From an uncultured archaeon (GTDB taxonomy: Archaea > Iainarchaeota > Iainarchaeia > Iainarchaeales > CSSED10-239), in contig CAYXAY010000001.1 of the NCBI GenBank assembly GCA_964463155.1, positions 30,001-62,000 on the forward strand: a stretch of DNA of 32,000 bases, read 5' to 3'. This document shows positions 31,510 through 32,000 of the stretch, one piece after another. Position 1 is the first letter of the stretch; the number at the start of each line of letters is the position of its first letter. The translations under genes were made by a program, and so were the position numbers. Under the pieces are notes generated by a model that had not been told where the DNA came from, did no database searches, and saw nothing but the letters and a program-made list of their open reading frames with translations.

Positions 31510-32000
31510 TTATTGAAACAAAACTAATTTAATATATCCTATATATGGAATCCGCCCTATTTTTTTACCTTTTACTATGTTTTCTTTTATTGGATATAGA
31601 TTAATACAGGGCTTTTGCGCAATAATCTTTTCATTGACAATAGCGACTTCACAGTCCTGGTCAATAAAAACATTGGTTTTGTGATTGTCCCCTTTTGTAA
31701 GGTAAAAAACACCGTCTTTAGCATTAATCTTTACAATTGCTCTATGTATGATGTCTCTCCCAGTTTTATTTGAAGGATAAACAATAATATCATTTTTCCT
31801 GTCAATAGCATCCAAAAGAGAAATGTTTTTGTCTGCAATCTTTATGCTGTCTGCTTCTAGCAACCCATATTGGTTTTTAGAATAACTAATCTCTGCAAAC
31901 TCAGAAAGGTCCTTTTTTGCAACATTTTGATTAATGGTTACTTCTTCAACCGTTAGTTCCTTAGGATTTGTAAGAACAACAACATCTCCCCGATAAAGGT
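31510..32000 (-). CDS. signal peptidase I, archaeal/eukaryal Sec11 type (5-prime end outside window)
   Basis: The frame stays open past the track start (TTG 31863) to the window edge. The extension reads LYRGDVVVLTNPKELTVEEV...YG before LLEADS... The GDVVV box, IIHRAI (His box) and YLTKGDNHKTN (GDN box) occur in signal-peptidase order. The catalytic Ser region is outside the window. Confidence 0.65.
   Translation of the reverse strand, partial: LYRGDVVVLTNPKELTVEEVTINQNVAKKDLSEFAEISYSKNQYGLLEADSIKIADKNISLLDAIDRKNDIIVYPSNKTGRDIIHRAIVKINAKDGVFYLTKGDNHKTNVFIDQDCEVAIVNEKIIAQKPCINLYPIKENIVKGKKIGRIPYIGYIKLVLFQ

Noticed and set aside
1-32000. Search by eye for tRNA/rRNA genes, CRISPR arrays, transposases, integrases and toxin-antitoxin or defence modules
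   Set aside because: No GC-rich cloverleaf-sized islands appear in any intergenic gap. No regularly spaced direct repeats are present. No ORF carries transposase, integrase or nuclease-defence motifs. The repeated pilin genes are protein paralogues, not a repeat array.

Overview
By eye this is an AT-rich (roughly 30% G+C, not computed), very gene-dense archaeal chromosome segment with about 42 genes. Most junctions are short or overlapping. Archaeal hallmark genes are present: two Orc1/Cdc6 paralogues, PCNA, ribosomal proteins eS1 and uS15, NAC, Bud32, tRNA-splicing endonuclease, diphthine synthase, archaeal SepF, a Sec11-type signal peptidase and SecF/SecD. Many proteins are short or domain-reduced, one gene (dus) is visibly decaying, and a gene remnant lies next to a mini archaeosortase. 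This pattern suggests a small streamlined genome such as a DPANN-type archaeon, which is inference only. I found no rRNA, tRNA, CRISPR array or recognisable mobile element. The most interesting region is a bipartite type IV pilus-like locus at 22.8-29.5 kb. On the + strand it has a platform protein split into two single-domain genes, followed by four tandem pilin paralogues that share a strict four-cysteine pattern. These converge on endA-DUF357-dph5, which is preceded on the - strand by four overlapping small genes whose N-termini look like prepilins. No assembly ATPase or prepilin peptidase is visible anywhere in the window. Secondary points are listed here. (1) A stand-alone mini archaeosortase. 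(2) A sepF gene coupled to an unknown tail-anchored protein. (3) A ThiI plus CxxC-type MnmA thiolation pair. (4) A truncated NFACT (Rqc2-like) protein. (5) A 460 nt noncoding gap. (6) Two divergent genes only 9 bp apart.
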